The translations under genes were made by a program, and so were the position numbers. Source: a virus. Taken from it: a stretch of 64,000 nt of DNA. Each line of letters opens with the position of its first letter. The stretch's first letter is position 1. Under the pieces are notes generated by a model. That model saw nothing but the letters and a program-made list of their open reading frames with translations, was not told the origin of the DNA and ran no database searches. Below are positions 7,520 through 17,290 of this stretch, piece after piece. The stretch is taken from positions 1 through 64,000 of IMG/VR virus record IMGVR_UViG_3300021400_000020. One strand, given 5' to 3'.

Positions 7520-7794
7520 CAGTTCACGACTATCTTAAATTCGTTCACACTCAGTAATAAAACATCACGCAATGTCCGCACAACACCACTATCAGGAAAC
7601 TGCACAGTATGACGATGATGCTTGATGTCGTACTTGATACACACAACATTCTCACACTCCACAAGACGACCGTTCTTCGCCATATAAACACAATCAAACG
7701 GAATACGACGCTTTTCGGCATCTTCACGCTCCATCACCAAACCCACCTTCTTGTAACTGAGCAACTTCGGAAAACGTTTGTCTGGAATTCTCAT
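7519..7794 (-). CDS. Hypothetical protein
   Basis: 91 aa. No motif recognised. Confidence 0.6.
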   Translation of the reverse strand: MRIPDKRFPKLLSYKKVGLVMEREDAEKRRIPFDCVYMAKNGRLVECENVVCIKYDIKHHRHTVQFPDSGVVRTLRDVLLLSVNEFKIVVN

Positions 7795-7981
7795 ATTCTA
7801 TCATTTTTGAATTTCAAAATTCTTGAATTAAAAAAATATAGGATTTTCTCAAAACAAAGTTAAGACAATTTATTTCCGCACAAAAGGACAAATGAAGAAT
7901 GCGATAGCTGAAACAACTACCGCATTCTCTCTCTAACAACACTCAAACGTTGAAATCATGGAAAAACAACGCTATACTATA

Positions 7982-8416
7982 TCACTTTAAATCAATGCTA
8001 ATCTCCGTTGCATTGGCACTACCATAAAACAAAACGGCATCTCGGTCTAAATGACTGTTATACGTACAGACATAGAATTTCAAGTCCTCATCTTCATCCA
8101 ATGGGGAAGGGGAGTCACCACCTGAACGAATGCCTCGCGCCTCTGTCAAGGCGAAATTCATCTGCAACCTGCACAGCCAAAGGAAATTCTTCAGCTTCTC
8201 CATGTCAGCGCCTGTATCAGAGAAGAAATCATAGCAGTCGAAATCCATCCAGACAGTCCTGTCAGAAAGCGACAACAGCAAAAGCCCTGCATCCATCAGC
8301 TTCTTAATCTCTGTACCACTGTCTAAGAACAAGCGTGTGGCAGAGGGACGCTCCGACTTACCGAATGAACGGAACCAGGCAAGGCAGCCCAAAAGAAATC
8401 GCAGTATCTTTTTCAT
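7982..8416 (-). CDS. Hypothetical lipoprotein-like protein
   Basis: 144 aa. N-terminal MKKILRFLLGC resembles a signal peptide with a lipobox Cys. Confidence 0.6.
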   Translation of the reverse strand: MKKILRFLLGCLAWFRSFGKSERPSATRLFLDSGTEIKKLMDAGLLLLSLSDRTVWMDFDCYDFFSDTGADMEKLKNFLWLCRLQMNFALTEARGIRSGGDSPSPLDEDEDLKFYVCTYNSHLDRDAVLFYGSANATEISIDLK

Positions 8417-8417
8417 A

Positions 8418-9467
8418 TCAACTCTTTTTTGTGTGGGAAGAATTCAACATTCTCCGTGTTTCTTCTGCATCTTTCGCCATCGTATTCAATATGTCAAACA
8501 CCAAAATTGCATTGGTATCATAGACACTCTGCTGAGTCGTATAGCCACTGTACTTCATCACGGCATTCACCGTGGCAAGGTCTGCCATCAACACGTCCTT
8601 CGGATAGCGACTACCAGCAGAACTGAACAAGGAAGGCAACTGACGGCTGAAATACCGCAAGCAGCTCTGGACATGCTGCAACACCAACTTGAAGACAACA
8701 TCATCTACGACATCTAAATGACTCGCAAAACACTCTGCATCCCTCGGCTTGTACTCATACACAGTATGACTACCCAAACGAATTCCTGTATCACTCCGCT
8801 CCATGAACTCCCAGCGAGGATAACAACAGGCATGAGCAAGGAAACGGTTACGGGCATCGCGGATGCGAGATTGCAGTTGCGAAAACTGCCGATTCATCAA
8901 TGGGGTAGGGGACTCGTCTTCATGGTCCGACAAGTAACGACGCAGACGCTCGACACTCTGCCAGTACTGAAGCATGTACCGCTGGATGTAAGTGTACTGA
9001 CGAAAACTGATATTCGTAAGAAGATTGGAAGGAGGCTGGATCTTCACACCACGCCCCCACCAATGACGCTTGGGAATCTCAATAAAAGGGTAGGGGGCTT
9101 TCGTCAGACTGTAGATATTGTCCAAAAACAAACTCGTGCTGTCAAGCGTCCATGAGTACAGTTGCTCAGCCGTGGCGGAAAAACGAATACTCGCATCACG
9201 AGTGCCACGGAAATGGAACATCCGACGAACGGAACTGCCAATGTAAGCATCACTTTCACCACAACGAAAGTCCTTGACAACATCCACAGAACCTCCATCA
9301 TGCACCACCTCAATATCCATCAGCACAAGGAAGATGTCAAACCACCATTCCACCTCCGACGAATAACGATTACTGCTATCCATCAGACGGGTCATTGACT
9401 CCAACTGGTCCAAACGCAAGTCGTTCCAGCTACGAGGACAATGCAGGATAAGAGACTCGGACTCCAT
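8418..9467 (-). CDS. Hypothetical protein
   Basis: 349 aa, tightly packed in the minus-strand operon. Confidence 0.7.
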   Translation of the reverse strand: MESESLILHCPRSWNDLRLDQLESMTRLMDSSNRYSSEVEWWFDIFLVLMDIEVVHDGGSVDVVKDFRCGESDAYIGSSVRRMFHFRGTRDASIRFSATAEQLYSWTLDSTSLFLDNIYSLTKAPYPFIEIPKRHWWGRGVKIQPPSNLLTNISFRQYTYIQRYMLQYWQSVERLRRYLSDHEDESPTPLMNRQFSQLQSRIRDARNRFLAHACCYPRWEFMERSDTGIRLGSHTVYEYKPRDAECFASHLDVVDDVVFKLVLQHVQSCLRYFSRQLPSLFSSAGSRYPKDVLMADLATVNAVMKYSGYTTQQSVYDTNAILVFDILNTMAKDAEETRRMLNSSHTKKS

Positions 9468-10039
9468 CAGAATGGCAGGTCGTCAGTATCATCCACAGCT
9501 GAACCCGCATCGGCAGAAGAACCACCACTACCCACTACTGTCATGTCCTCACTCATCGGAACGGACTGCACGGCGACATCCTTCGGGAACAAGACGGACT
9601 GCCTTCGGTTATAGAGGTATCTGAAACACTCCTTACGCAAGAGTTCTTCCTGCTTGTCCTCAGGTAAACCATTGTAGTCGGTATGATGAGCGAGAAACGA
9701 ATTCATGAATTTTTCATCATGTAACAGACGCTCTCTCAGCTTGGGATAAATATCATTGTTGAACTGCTTGGTTCCATTCATCGTAATCACATGGGATGGA
9801 ACCAACTTCGCATTAGGATGATTACTACTCCACGCTTCCGCGAAATTGGGATGTATGTCCGTAATGCTAACATTCAAATTGGCAACTTGGTAAGTCTTAC
9901 CATCACGACCGTCAAACTGCTTCACATCCAATCCGCTCTGCTTAACGGGAATGACAACAAACAGATTGCCATCCTTGTCTTTCTGCAGGTTTGCCTGCTT
10001 GCAGAGATTCAGTAAATTCAAACTTCCGAATACTTCCAT
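9467..10039 (-). CDS. Putative ssDNA-binding protein (SSB-like C-terminal tip)
   Basis: 190 aa. A Gly/Ser/acidic tail ends in DDTDDLPF, resembling the SSB tip DDDIPF. The N-terminal fold was not recognised. Confidence 0.4.
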   Translation of the reverse strand: MEVFGSLNLLNLCKQANLQKDKDGNLFVVIPVKQSGLDVKQFDGRDGKTYQVANLNVSITDIHPNFAEAWSSNHPNAKLVPSHVITMNGTKQFNNDIYPKLRERLLHDEKFMNSFLAHHTDYNGLPEDKQEELLRKECFRYLYNRRQSVLFPKDVAVQSVPMSEDMTVVGSGGSSADAGSAVDDTDDLPF

Positions 10040-10078
10040 GATAGAATTCTTGAATGATAAAATTACAAAATGAGAGAA

Positions 10079-10366
10079 TTATCCAAAGAGGGATGTCAAA
10101 GGGTTATCCATAGGAGATACCCTGGAACTTGATACTAACCTCTTCCTGAAACCTTTGTGACTGAAGACGTGCTTCGTAGTAAAAGGTCCTATCGTAGCCA
10201 TCTGCGCCTTGTAGATTCGCTCGTTCTCCGTCACAAAGGCTGGCTTGTCTTGCAATCTGCCGTAATGCTCCTTCGGATAAAAAAGACAATGATTGCCTAC
10301 TCCTGTAAAACCATGTTCTAACTTACGCCTGGTTCGCGCGTTTCCTTTCTGTCTGAAAAATTCCAT
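10079..10366 (-). CDS. Hypothetical protein
   Basis: 95 aa, basic. Confidence 0.5.
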   Translation of the reverse strand: MEFFRQKGNARTRRKLEHGFTGVGNHCLFYPKEHYGRLQDKPAFVTENERIYKAQMATIGPFTTKHVFSHKGFRKRLVSSSRVSPMDNPLTSLFG

Positions 10367-10368
10367 AG

Positions 10369-11628
10369 TTACTTGTTTTTATTTTTGATTTTACGAATCT
10401 CATCCACCATAGCACAAAACTTGTTGGCTATCTCATCTATATCTGCATGGAGCAGATTGTGCTTCAGCTTCGCAATCATCGGATACTTCACTTCACCACT
10501 CTCTTCTCCATTGTAGTCATCGTCTAAAAGCCGATTGTAAAAGGTCAACTGATTCTCATCTGTGTCAAAGACCATATCGTACTCACTCGCTAAGTCCTTC
10601 AACTCCATAATCACCGACTGAAGCGCATCGATGTCACTCTCCATATAAGCCAAGAGGTAAACACCCAACTCCGTTTCGATGATCGAACGAGCGGAAGTAG
10701 AAAAGATTCCCTTGCCATAACCTGCCGCCATGCAACTGATGGACCAGTCAACATAGGCTTCGAAAGCGGAACGGTTTGACTGAACATAGACTTCACGCAA
10801 ATGGTTCACCCATTTGGCTATCTCTTCAATACGCTTGTCCATGCGCTTGCGGAAACGACGGGAGACAGTATAATTAGCTTCCTCAAAGTAAGTGTCCAGG
10901 TAGGAGGAACAGGCATTGTTGATGACTTTCCACGACTCGCACAACGGCACATCCACACTAAGACTGGCTGCCTGTTCGTTGATGGCTCGCATATCAGCAA
11001 GACAGTCCTCTTCCAAATGCTGAATAACCTGAGTCAACTGAATAATCAGAATCAAACGACTCAAGACAAATACATTCTCCTTCTTCTTGGAAGACAAGTC
11101 CTCCATCAGGATAGCAAGGGACTTGTGTATAGAATCGCTCACGCTTTTATGCCACGTAAACTGCATCTGGGCAAAACACCCGCCAACCATCTGAACATAA
11201 CTCCTCACAAAACAAGGAAAATTACCAAAGACCTTGGGCATGTACTCTTCGCGCTCACAACGAACCAGGAAATTGGACAGCTTCGTCAAACCGTCCTTCA
11301 CCTGCAACAGACTCTTCTTACGGGAACGCTCATAATGAAACTTACGCTTCTTGTCACTGAGATAAGCAAAGACATCCGAAAGCAAAGGCTCTATCTCGCC
11401 GGCAATAGCTGCCTGAACGATATAACAGGAAAGATGAATATCGACATGATGAGACTCTAACTCGTGAAACTTCTTATAACCCAAACGCACAAGGTCGTCG
11501 GCACGACGCAAGTCATCATGACGGCTCAACGTGGCAACCGAATGAAGGGATTTCTGATAAAGAGAAAACACACTTTGTTCTTCCATGACTATTTTAGTTG
11601 TTAGTGTTTTGTATGAGATGCCGCCCAT
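10369..11628 (-). CDS. Hypothetical protein
   Basis: 419 aa. No motif recognised. Confidence 0.7.
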   Translation of the reverse strand: MGGISYKTLTTKIVMEEQSVFSLYQKSLHSVATLSRHDDLRRADDLVRLGYKKFHELESHHVDIHLSCYIVQAAIAGEIEPLLSDVFAYLSDKKRKFHYERSRKKSLLQVKDGLTKLSNFLVRCEREEYMPKVFGNFPCFVRSYVQMVGGCFAQMQFTWHKSVSDSIHKSLAILMEDLSSKKKENVFVLSRLILIIQLTQVIQHLEEDCLADMRAINEQAASLSVDVPLCESWKVINNACSSYLDTYFEEANYTVSRRFRKRMDKRIEEIAKWVNHLREVYVQSNRSAFEAYVDWSISCMAAGYGKGIFSTSARSIIETELGVYLLAYMESDIDALQSVIMELKDLASEYDMVFDTDENQLTFYNRLLDDDYNGEESGEVKYPMIAKLKHNLLHADIDEIANKFCAMVDEIRKIKNKNK

Positions 11629-11801
11629 TCAAGACTTTGCATCAAGGCAAAATGAAGCATACGATTCTCGTTCTCGCTCAACGGAACACCCCATTCCTCC
11701 AACAAGTGATACACAAGACGCTCACGCTGCTGGTAGGTACGGATGGGATAATAATGCTTGGGGTCGGCATTGAAGTAATCTGATTTTTTTATAGGCTTCA
11801 T
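11601..11801 (-). CDS. Hypothetical protein (start moved to the ATG at 11801)
   Basis: The ORF-track TTG start at 11822 overlaps a -7 box. The ATG (MKPIKKSDY) lies 18 nt downstream of that box. Confidence 0.5.
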   Translation of the reverse strand: MKPIKKSDYFNADPKHYYPIRTYQQRERLVYHLLEEWGVPLSENENRMLHFALMQSLEWAASHTKH

Positions 11802-11819
11802 CACAAATGAAATATGTTG

Positions 11820-11827
11820 CAAAGATA
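11820..11827 (-). promoter_or_regulatory. -7 box TATCTTTG (minus strand)
   Basis: caaagata on the + strand. Likely heads the 11801-to-7244 minus-strand operon and is divergent from dnaB. Confidence 0.5.
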
Positions 11828-11987
11828 CATAAAAACTTATAACATCAAAAATAAAATTGTAATAAATTTTTTGGAAGTATATAAAAAAAATGCTTACTTT
11901 GCAATTCGCTTTTTGAAGCTGTCGGAGTGATACAGTGTCGAAAAAGTAAACGATTTCTCTGTATAGCAGTCCCTAACACCTTGTATA

Positions 11988-13526
11988 ATGGCACATGATT
12001 CTAACATAACGGCTCCACAGTCGGGTATGACATTCAATGTCACACCAAAGGAATCCCGTATGCCACTCGTTTCCGTCGAACTGGAGAAAAGAGTCATTGG
12101 AGAACTGATGAATTCCAATAAGGAAAATTTCTTCAAGATAAAGGAATTCCTCTCTGAAGACTGCTTCTACATGTCGATGAACAGGACAATCTACAAAGCT
12201 ATAAAGGCAGTCTGCGAAAACGGAGATAACCCCGACATGCCCATCGTCTGCAACGAAATCGTCAGACAAAACCCAAACCTGACACTCCCGCAAGTCATGC
12301 CAGAAGTCGCCAGCATCGTAGCCTATTCGGTGTTCACGGGACAACTCGCAAGAAATGCCATCATACTACAAGACTTCGCACGACGAAGACTGCTGAAAAT
12401 GACATTCGACACCTTCAGCGCAAAGGTGAACCAACTCGATACAAGCGTAGAGGAAATCGTGGAGAACCTGCATGACAAACTGAAAACCATCATGCAGGAC
12501 TCAGGTGTCAACGCAAAGACACTCACAAACGCACTCGAAGAACTCTACGAACGCGTCAAGACAAACCTCTCCACGGGAGGACAACATGGAAGCTACACTG
12601 GCTTCGAATTCATCGACGACAGAGGGGGATTCCAACCGTCAGACCTAATCGTACTCGGAGGAAGAACATCACAGGGAAAGACATCGTTCCTGCTCTCCAT
12701 CATCTCACACCTCATACGAGAGGGAGAAAAGACAGCACTCTTCTCACTCGAAATGACAAACGAACAACTCGCGGCTCGACTGGTATCAGGAGAGACCTTC
12801 GACATGAAAGCACACCCAACCGCCGCGGAACTCACAGAACAACCAATCATCCTTACATCAAACACCCTCCTGAACGTCAAACTTACCGATGCACAGTACA
12901 AGGTATTCGACCGAGCCATCGGAAATATCATGGTGTTCGGTGATTGCCTCTACTTCGACGACCGCTCACGACTCTCTATCGAAGTCATCATCTCCTCCAT
13001 CCGCACACTGCACTCAAAATATGGCATCAAGGGAGCTGCCATCGACTACCTCCAATCACTCTCATCGGCTGCTGATACGAGGGGAACGACACTCGAACTG
13101 CTCTACGGAGACTGGTGCAGACAACTGAAAAACCTCGCAAAGGAACTGAATATATGGATTATCATCGTGTCACAGCTGAGAAGAGACAACGACCCAGAAC
13201 CAACCAAGGAACAACTCAGAGGATCCGGACAGATCGAAGAGAATGCCGACCAGATATACCTTATCTACCGACCTGAATTCTACGGCAAGGAATACACAAT
13301 GGAAGGATTCGAGGACATCTCCACCAAAGGAACAGCACTCGTTAAACTCGATAAGGGACGAAACATAAAAACGGGAGCATTCATCTGCGGATGGGATGCA
13401 GCAACAACGAAATACTATAACATCCCTTACGACAGACTGCCACACAAGACAGACATCGTAAAGACAAACCAAACGACAGTCCAAACCGCCCACTCCGAAG
13501 AAGGACATAAGGACTACCCGTTTTAA
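11988..13526 (+). CDS. dnaB: Replicative DNA helicase DnaB
   Basis: 512 aa. N-terminal LEKRVIGELM, Walker A GGRTSQGKTS, IIVSQLRR and GSGQIEENAD motifs. Confidence 0.9.
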   Translation: MAHDSNITAPQSGMTFNVTPKESRMPLVSVELEKRVIGELMNSNKENFFKIKEFLSEDCFYMSMNRTIYKAIKAVCENGDNPDMPIVCNEIVRQNPNLTLPQVMPEVASIVAYSVFTGQLARNAIILQDFARRRLLKMTFDTFSAKVNQLDTSVEEIVENLHDKLKTIMQDSGVNAKTLTNALEELYERVKTNLSTGGQHGSYTGFEFIDDRGGFQPSDLIVLGGRTSQGKTSFLLSIISHLIREGEKTALFSLEMTNEQLAARLVSGETFDMKAHPTAAELTEQPIILTSNTLLNVKLTDAQYKVFDRAIGNIMVFGDCLYFDDRSRLSIEVIISSIRTLHSKYGIKGAAIDYLQSLSSAADTRGTTLELLYGDWCRQLKNLAKELNIWIIIVSQLRRDNDPEPTKEQLRGSGQIEENADQIYLIYRPEFYGKEYTMEGFEDISTKGTALVKLDKGRNIKTGAFICGWDAATTKYYNIPYDRLPHKTDIVKTNQTTVQTAHSEEGHKDYPF

Positions 13527-13569
13527 TCATATTCTATAACATTCTAAAAACATTCCAAATCATTCAATC

Positions 13570-13953
13570 ATGGAAAGAAAAAACGACAGACAAACGTGTG
13601 CAATCACCATCTACAAGCCTACAGGAAATGCAGAGAACCTGACAAGCGAACAGGACAAGCAAGGCATCCTTCAACACTTCAACGAAAAATTCGCACAACT
13701 CACTGAGAAACAGAAAAAAGAATTACTGCTGAACATCACAAGGGCTATCTCCACATCCACACTCCCCATCCGACTGCTCGAACGATTCTCAACAGACTTT
13801 GGAAATAAGCCGTGGAACTACATAGCCATCGATACAAACCAGAACATCATCGGCATCGTATATGACGGACCTGAGCCATTCGCCACCGACGGAGTACCAA
13901 AGAAATACATCTACGAATTCATAGAACCTCTACCACTCCCAGTTTCTCAGTAA
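13570..13953 (+). CDS. Hypothetical protein
   Basis: 127 aa. Its last codons form a TTTCTCAGTA box. Confidence 0.65.
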   Translation: MERKNDRQTCAITIYKPTGNAENLTSEQDKQGILQHFNEKFAQLTEKQKKELLLNITRAISTSTLPIRLLERFSTDFGNKPWNYIAIDTNQNIIGIVYDGPEPFATDGVPKKYIYEFIEPLPLPVSQ

Positions 13954-13960
13954 CCAAAAG

Positions 13961-14139
13961 CCACCGTTCCCGAAAGTTCTGCTTTCGGGTTCCCCTCGCC
14001 ACCGTTCCCGAAAGTTCCGCTTTCGGGTTCCCCTCGCCACCATTCCCGAAAGTTCCGCTTTCGGGTTCCCCTCGCCACCATTCCCGAAAGTTCCGCTTTC
14101 GGTCATTAGTTTCTCAGTAACCGAAAGTTTCGCTTTCGG
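13961..14139 (+). repeat. Tandem hairpin-A array (38-bp unit x4 plus a boxed terminal copy)
   Basis: Units start at 13961, 13999, 14037 and 14075 (ccaccgttcccgaaagttccgctttcgggttcccctcg). A TTTCTCAGTA box and a fifth hairpin follow at 14121-14139. Confidence 0.95.
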
Positions 14140-14150
14140 TCATCAAAAAA

Positions 14151-14179
14151 TCCCATTAACCCCATCAACCCCATCACCC
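14151..14179 (+). repeat. (AACCCCATY)-type tract running into the start codon
   Basis: tcccattaaccccatcaaccccatcaccc followed directly by ATG at 14180. Confidence 0.85.
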
Positions 14180-15595
14180 ATGCTCGGAGAATTCCTGTCA
14201 TCTATCATCGAAAGACCCATCTGGAGAGAACGACCCGCCACACCAGGACAAGCCCTCATAGAACTGGTCATACTCGCACTCCACAAAAATGAATACGCTC
14301 AGCGACGAGGAATAGACATCCCCATCGCATACGGAGAGGTGTGCCTGTCACGCGAGGAAATGGCTTACCGATGGAAGTGGTCACGTAACAAGGTTGACTA
14401 CTTCTTGGTACGACTGAAAAGGTACGGCTGGATACATATTCGCAAAACACCGATAATCAATGTATTGACATTCTTTTTCTCTCCTTTTTTTAAACTCTAT
14501 GGTACGGCTGAAAGTACGGCTCATGGTACGGCTCATGGAACGACTGAAAGTACGACAGAAAGTACGGCTCATGGAACGACTGAAGACTTTTTTCAGGAAG
14601 CCCGAATTATCAGCGACGAGAAGGTTGGGAAATACGATAGCAAACGTATTCCAATACAAACGTCCGATACACCGCTATCATCTGCAAATCAAGACTTTGC
14701 ATGGGCAATGAAACTGACTAACGAAGCTCTCGGCATACAAGAGGGGTGGGGTGGGGAGGTAGCAGCTATCAACAGCCTGCAAGACTATATGAATATATAT
14801 ATGAATGGGATGAATGGTACGGCTCAAAATGAGAAAAATGGTACGGCTCAAAGCAGTTTTCAAAAACGAAAGAAACAAAGACAAAACGAAAGAAAAGAAC
14901 CAAAAGAAAGAAAAAAAGAAACAAAGAAAGAAAAAATAACAAACACAATTTCTTTAGGATGGATAAACCATAAACCTAAAGAAAATTGTGTCTTTCTTAA
15001 CGAAAGCGCCGCTGGTGCGGCGACAGAGAGAGACGATGATTTTCTTGGGGAAAACCACGAGAGGGGGATGGAGAAGGACAGCACTCAGCCAATGGAGAAA
15101 GATAGTCTGCAGACGAATGAGAGAACACAGATAGAAAACCAACAAAATCCAAAAGCCGCCGCCGCTGCCGACGACCCCGCTGCCGCGAAAATCGACAAGA
15201 AAGCCTGGAAACAGGAACTCACCAGAACCGTACTCGAAGAAATCAGAAGATTCACCAACGACTTCATCGACAACATCGAACCCAAGGAGGACATCACACG
15301 ACGATGCTCCACCGTATGCTGGCACAAAGTGCCTGTCCACCACCTCGGCGAAACGGAAAACGCATACTTGTATATCCTCTACCTGCGCTACCTCGTCTTG
15401 AAATGCCCGAACATCTGCGCGTCTATGAAGAAACTGCCAACTCAACAGCAATACCTACAACTCGTTGAACTTTTCGGACACAAACTCGTCAACAAGAAAA
15501 CGGATCTGCTCGAAGGCTATTGCGACCGATACCATTACAAGACACTCTACCAACCATTGCTCGATTGGTGCCAACGGGAAAAACAGAAGAAATGA
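14180..15595 (+). CDS. Hypothetical protein; possible wHTH N-terminus with low-complexity middle
   Basis: 471 aa. N-terminus has ...REEMAYRWKWSRNKVDYFLVRLKRYGWIHI. Middle contains GTAESTAHGTAHGTTESTTESTAHGTTE repeats and a KE-rich stretch. Confidence 0.6.
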   Translation: MLGEFLSSIIERPIWRERPATPGQALIELVILALHKNEYAQRRGIDIPIAYGEVCLSREEMAYRWKWSRNKVDYFLVRLKRYGWIHIRKTPIINVLTFFFSPFFKLYGTAESTAHGTAHGTTESTTESTAHGTTEDFFQEARIISDEKVGKYDSKRIPIQTSDTPLSSANQDFAWAMKLTNEALGIQEGWGGEVAAINSLQDYMNIYMNGMNGTAQNEKNGTAQSSFQKRKKQRQNERKEPKERKKETKKEKITNTISLGWINHKPKENCVFLNESAAGAATERDDDFLGENHERGMEKDSTQPMEKDSLQTNERTQIENQQNPKAAAAADDPAAAKIDKKAWKQELTRTVLEEIRRFTNDFIDNIEPKEDITRRCSTVCWHKVPVHHLGETENAYLYILYLRYLVLKCPNICASMKKLPTQQQYLQLVELFGHKLVNKKTDLLEGYCDRYHYKTLYQPLLDWCQREKQKK

Positions 15596-15707
15596 AGTTT
15601 AAATCCAAAGGATTTAAAACGAAAAACCGTAAAAGATTCGTTTGTTAAAAAATACTTAATATCAAAAATAATTCTGATAAAAAAATTATTATAAGAAAAA
15701 ATTTTTC

Positions 15708-15715
15708 TACATTTG
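15708..15715 (+). promoter_or_regulatory. -7 box TACATTTG
   Basis: TAnnTTTG match 65 nt upstream of the 15780 ATG. Confidence 0.4.
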
Positions 15716-15779
15716 CAACGCTTCTCCCCTAATTGGCGAAGAGGTCGTCCGACCAAAATTTTTTGAAACGCAAAATCAA

Positions 15780-16850
15780 ATGAAACTCCTGCTTCAAATG
15801 AATAGCAAAGAACTAAAAGCATACTATTCCAACCTCGTCCACTACAAGGAAGAAACGCTACCACGACTATTCGCACTCGAAGATGCGTGGGAAGAACAGG
15901 ACTTCAAGGACTATGACGAAGGTCTCCAACTGGTACTGGCATTCCAAACGGCTAAGTCATTCGTGACATCTGCATACCGCTTCGACGTGGAGGACAGACT
16001 GAGACGAATCAACGGATTCATCGAAGCCATTGCCAAGTGGTTCCAGCGGTTCCACCCAGAAATCATGGAGGAAATCCAGAAGGGAAATGCCGACAAGTCG
16101 GTCCTGCACCTCACTCAGTCCCATCCAGTCTATAACGAGAAGGGCGAACACACGGGCTACGGCAGCGTGGCATTCGCTCCACCAGCACCAATGCCGGACG
16201 AGGATGGCAACATACCTCCACAGAAAACTTTCATCGAGGCAGTCAACGACATGGAACAACAGGTCGGAAACGGATACAAGCACGTAAGCGACATCCTACA
16301 CCTGCTTTCTCCTGAGACAAGGAAAAGAGCACTGTCACTGCCAGACCTCTACCTCTCCCTGACATCTCTCCGTCAGAAGTGCGAATTGCTCTACACCAAC
16401 AAACGGGCTTCCGAGACGGATAGGAAATACTTCGCTGACCAACTTACCAAGACAGAGGACAACATCCTGAACATCTACGAGCATATCAAGATGGAAGTGG
16501 AAGCTGCCAACGGGATGGTCATCAGCGAGGAAGCAAAAAACAAGATTCTCCAGGAAGCAGAAAAATTCAAGGAGAGAATACAAAAACCTGGAGAATACAC
16601 CAAGGACGACATCGACCTCCTGCCAGAAGGAGAGGAAAAGGAAAGCCTTCGCGCTGCACGAATCGAACGAAACAAGAAGTTCCTGCGACGCAAGGACATT
16701 CAAACTTCCCCTGAGCACGCTGAAGCTATGCGAATTGCAGCGACCGAACTGCTCGAATGGGGCATCAAGATAACACCTGCCATCATAGAGAACCTGAGAC
16801 GACATGGTGTTACACTACCATCAGAATCTGAAGAACAGCAACTTAGTTAG
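15780..16850 (+). CDS. Hypothetical protein
   Basis: 356 aa. No motif recognised. Confidence 0.7.
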   Translation: MKLLLQMNSKELKAYYSNLVHYKEETLPRLFALEDAWEEQDFKDYDEGLQLVLAFQTAKSFVTSAYRFDVEDRLRRINGFIEAIAKWFQRFHPEIMEEIQKGNADKSVLHLTQSHPVYNEKGEHTGYGSVAFAPPAPMPDEDGNIPPQKTFIEAVNDMEQQVGNGYKHVSDILHLLSPETRKRALSLPDLYLSLTSLRQKCELLYTNKRASETDRKYFADQLTKTEDNILNIYEHIKMEVEAANGMVISEEAKNKILQEAEKFKERIQKPGEYTKDDIDLLPEGEEKESLRAARIERNKKFLRRKDIQTSPEHAEAMRIAATELLEWGIKITPAIIENLRRHGVTLPSESEEQQLS

Positions 16851-16919
16851 ATGATACAGATGAATTTTTTTTCATTCGTTTAAATTTTAATGGATAAAAC
16901 TTTTAATTAATCTCATTTC

Positions 16920-17270
16920 AACAGGTGTGTTGTGAAACATGCCTGTTTCCAGAAAGACAATATCAAGACACTATCACGTGTTGAATAACAATATACCCTA
17001 AAAACTGAATTAAATTAAATAATTGATTTTAACTCTTCGTCCCAGTCTGTTGGGAAACACACTGGGACACTCCGATAAGGTTAATAATAAACTCGCAATA
17101 TATAATGCTATAGGATGATATTTTATAGTTTAAGAACATTTGAAGCAATTTTTTAGTTCAATTTAAGTGAAAAAGAAGTAAAGAACTTGGATGCTCCATA
17201 AGGAACGAATGCGGACCGAATGGGACACCAAAAGAGTCGAACCACTGAGAAGTTCTTCGACTCTTTTTTC
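16920..17270 (+). ncRNA. Candidate small RNA locus: two related GNRA-capped hairpins plus an intrinsic terminator
   Basis: No ORF of 60 aa or more. Hairpin 1 at 16920-16947 (12 bp, loop GTGA). Hairpin 2 at 17039-17068 (13 bp with 1 mismatch, loop GGGA). Both share the apex TGTT-GNGA-AACA. Terminator at 17232-17270. Confidence 0.45.
17232..17270 (+). terminator. Intrinsic terminator
   Basis: AAGAGTCGAA ... TTCGACTCTT stem followed by a T run. Confidence 0.75.
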
Positions 17271-17290
17271 AAAACAAAAGATTTTATTTA

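Noticed and set aside
7244-7794. Toxin-antitoxin pair (two 91-aa ORFs with 1-nt overlap)
   Set aside because: Only size and coupling suggest it. No toxin or antitoxin family motif was recognised, and the same tight overlap is seen throughout this operon.
13961-14139. Possible CRISPR array (regular 38-bp periodic repeats with palindromic cores)
   Set aside because: The units abut one another with no unique spacers, because the 10-nt linker is itself conserved. The same element is dispersed singly across the genome, and no cas gene is visible.
16920-17068. Mini-CRISPR / solitary repeat units (GTTG...GAAAC-like hairpins resembling some class 2 repeats)
   Set aside because: The two hairpins share only the 12-nt apex. 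Their stems differ, so they are not identical direct repeats, and no cas gene is present.
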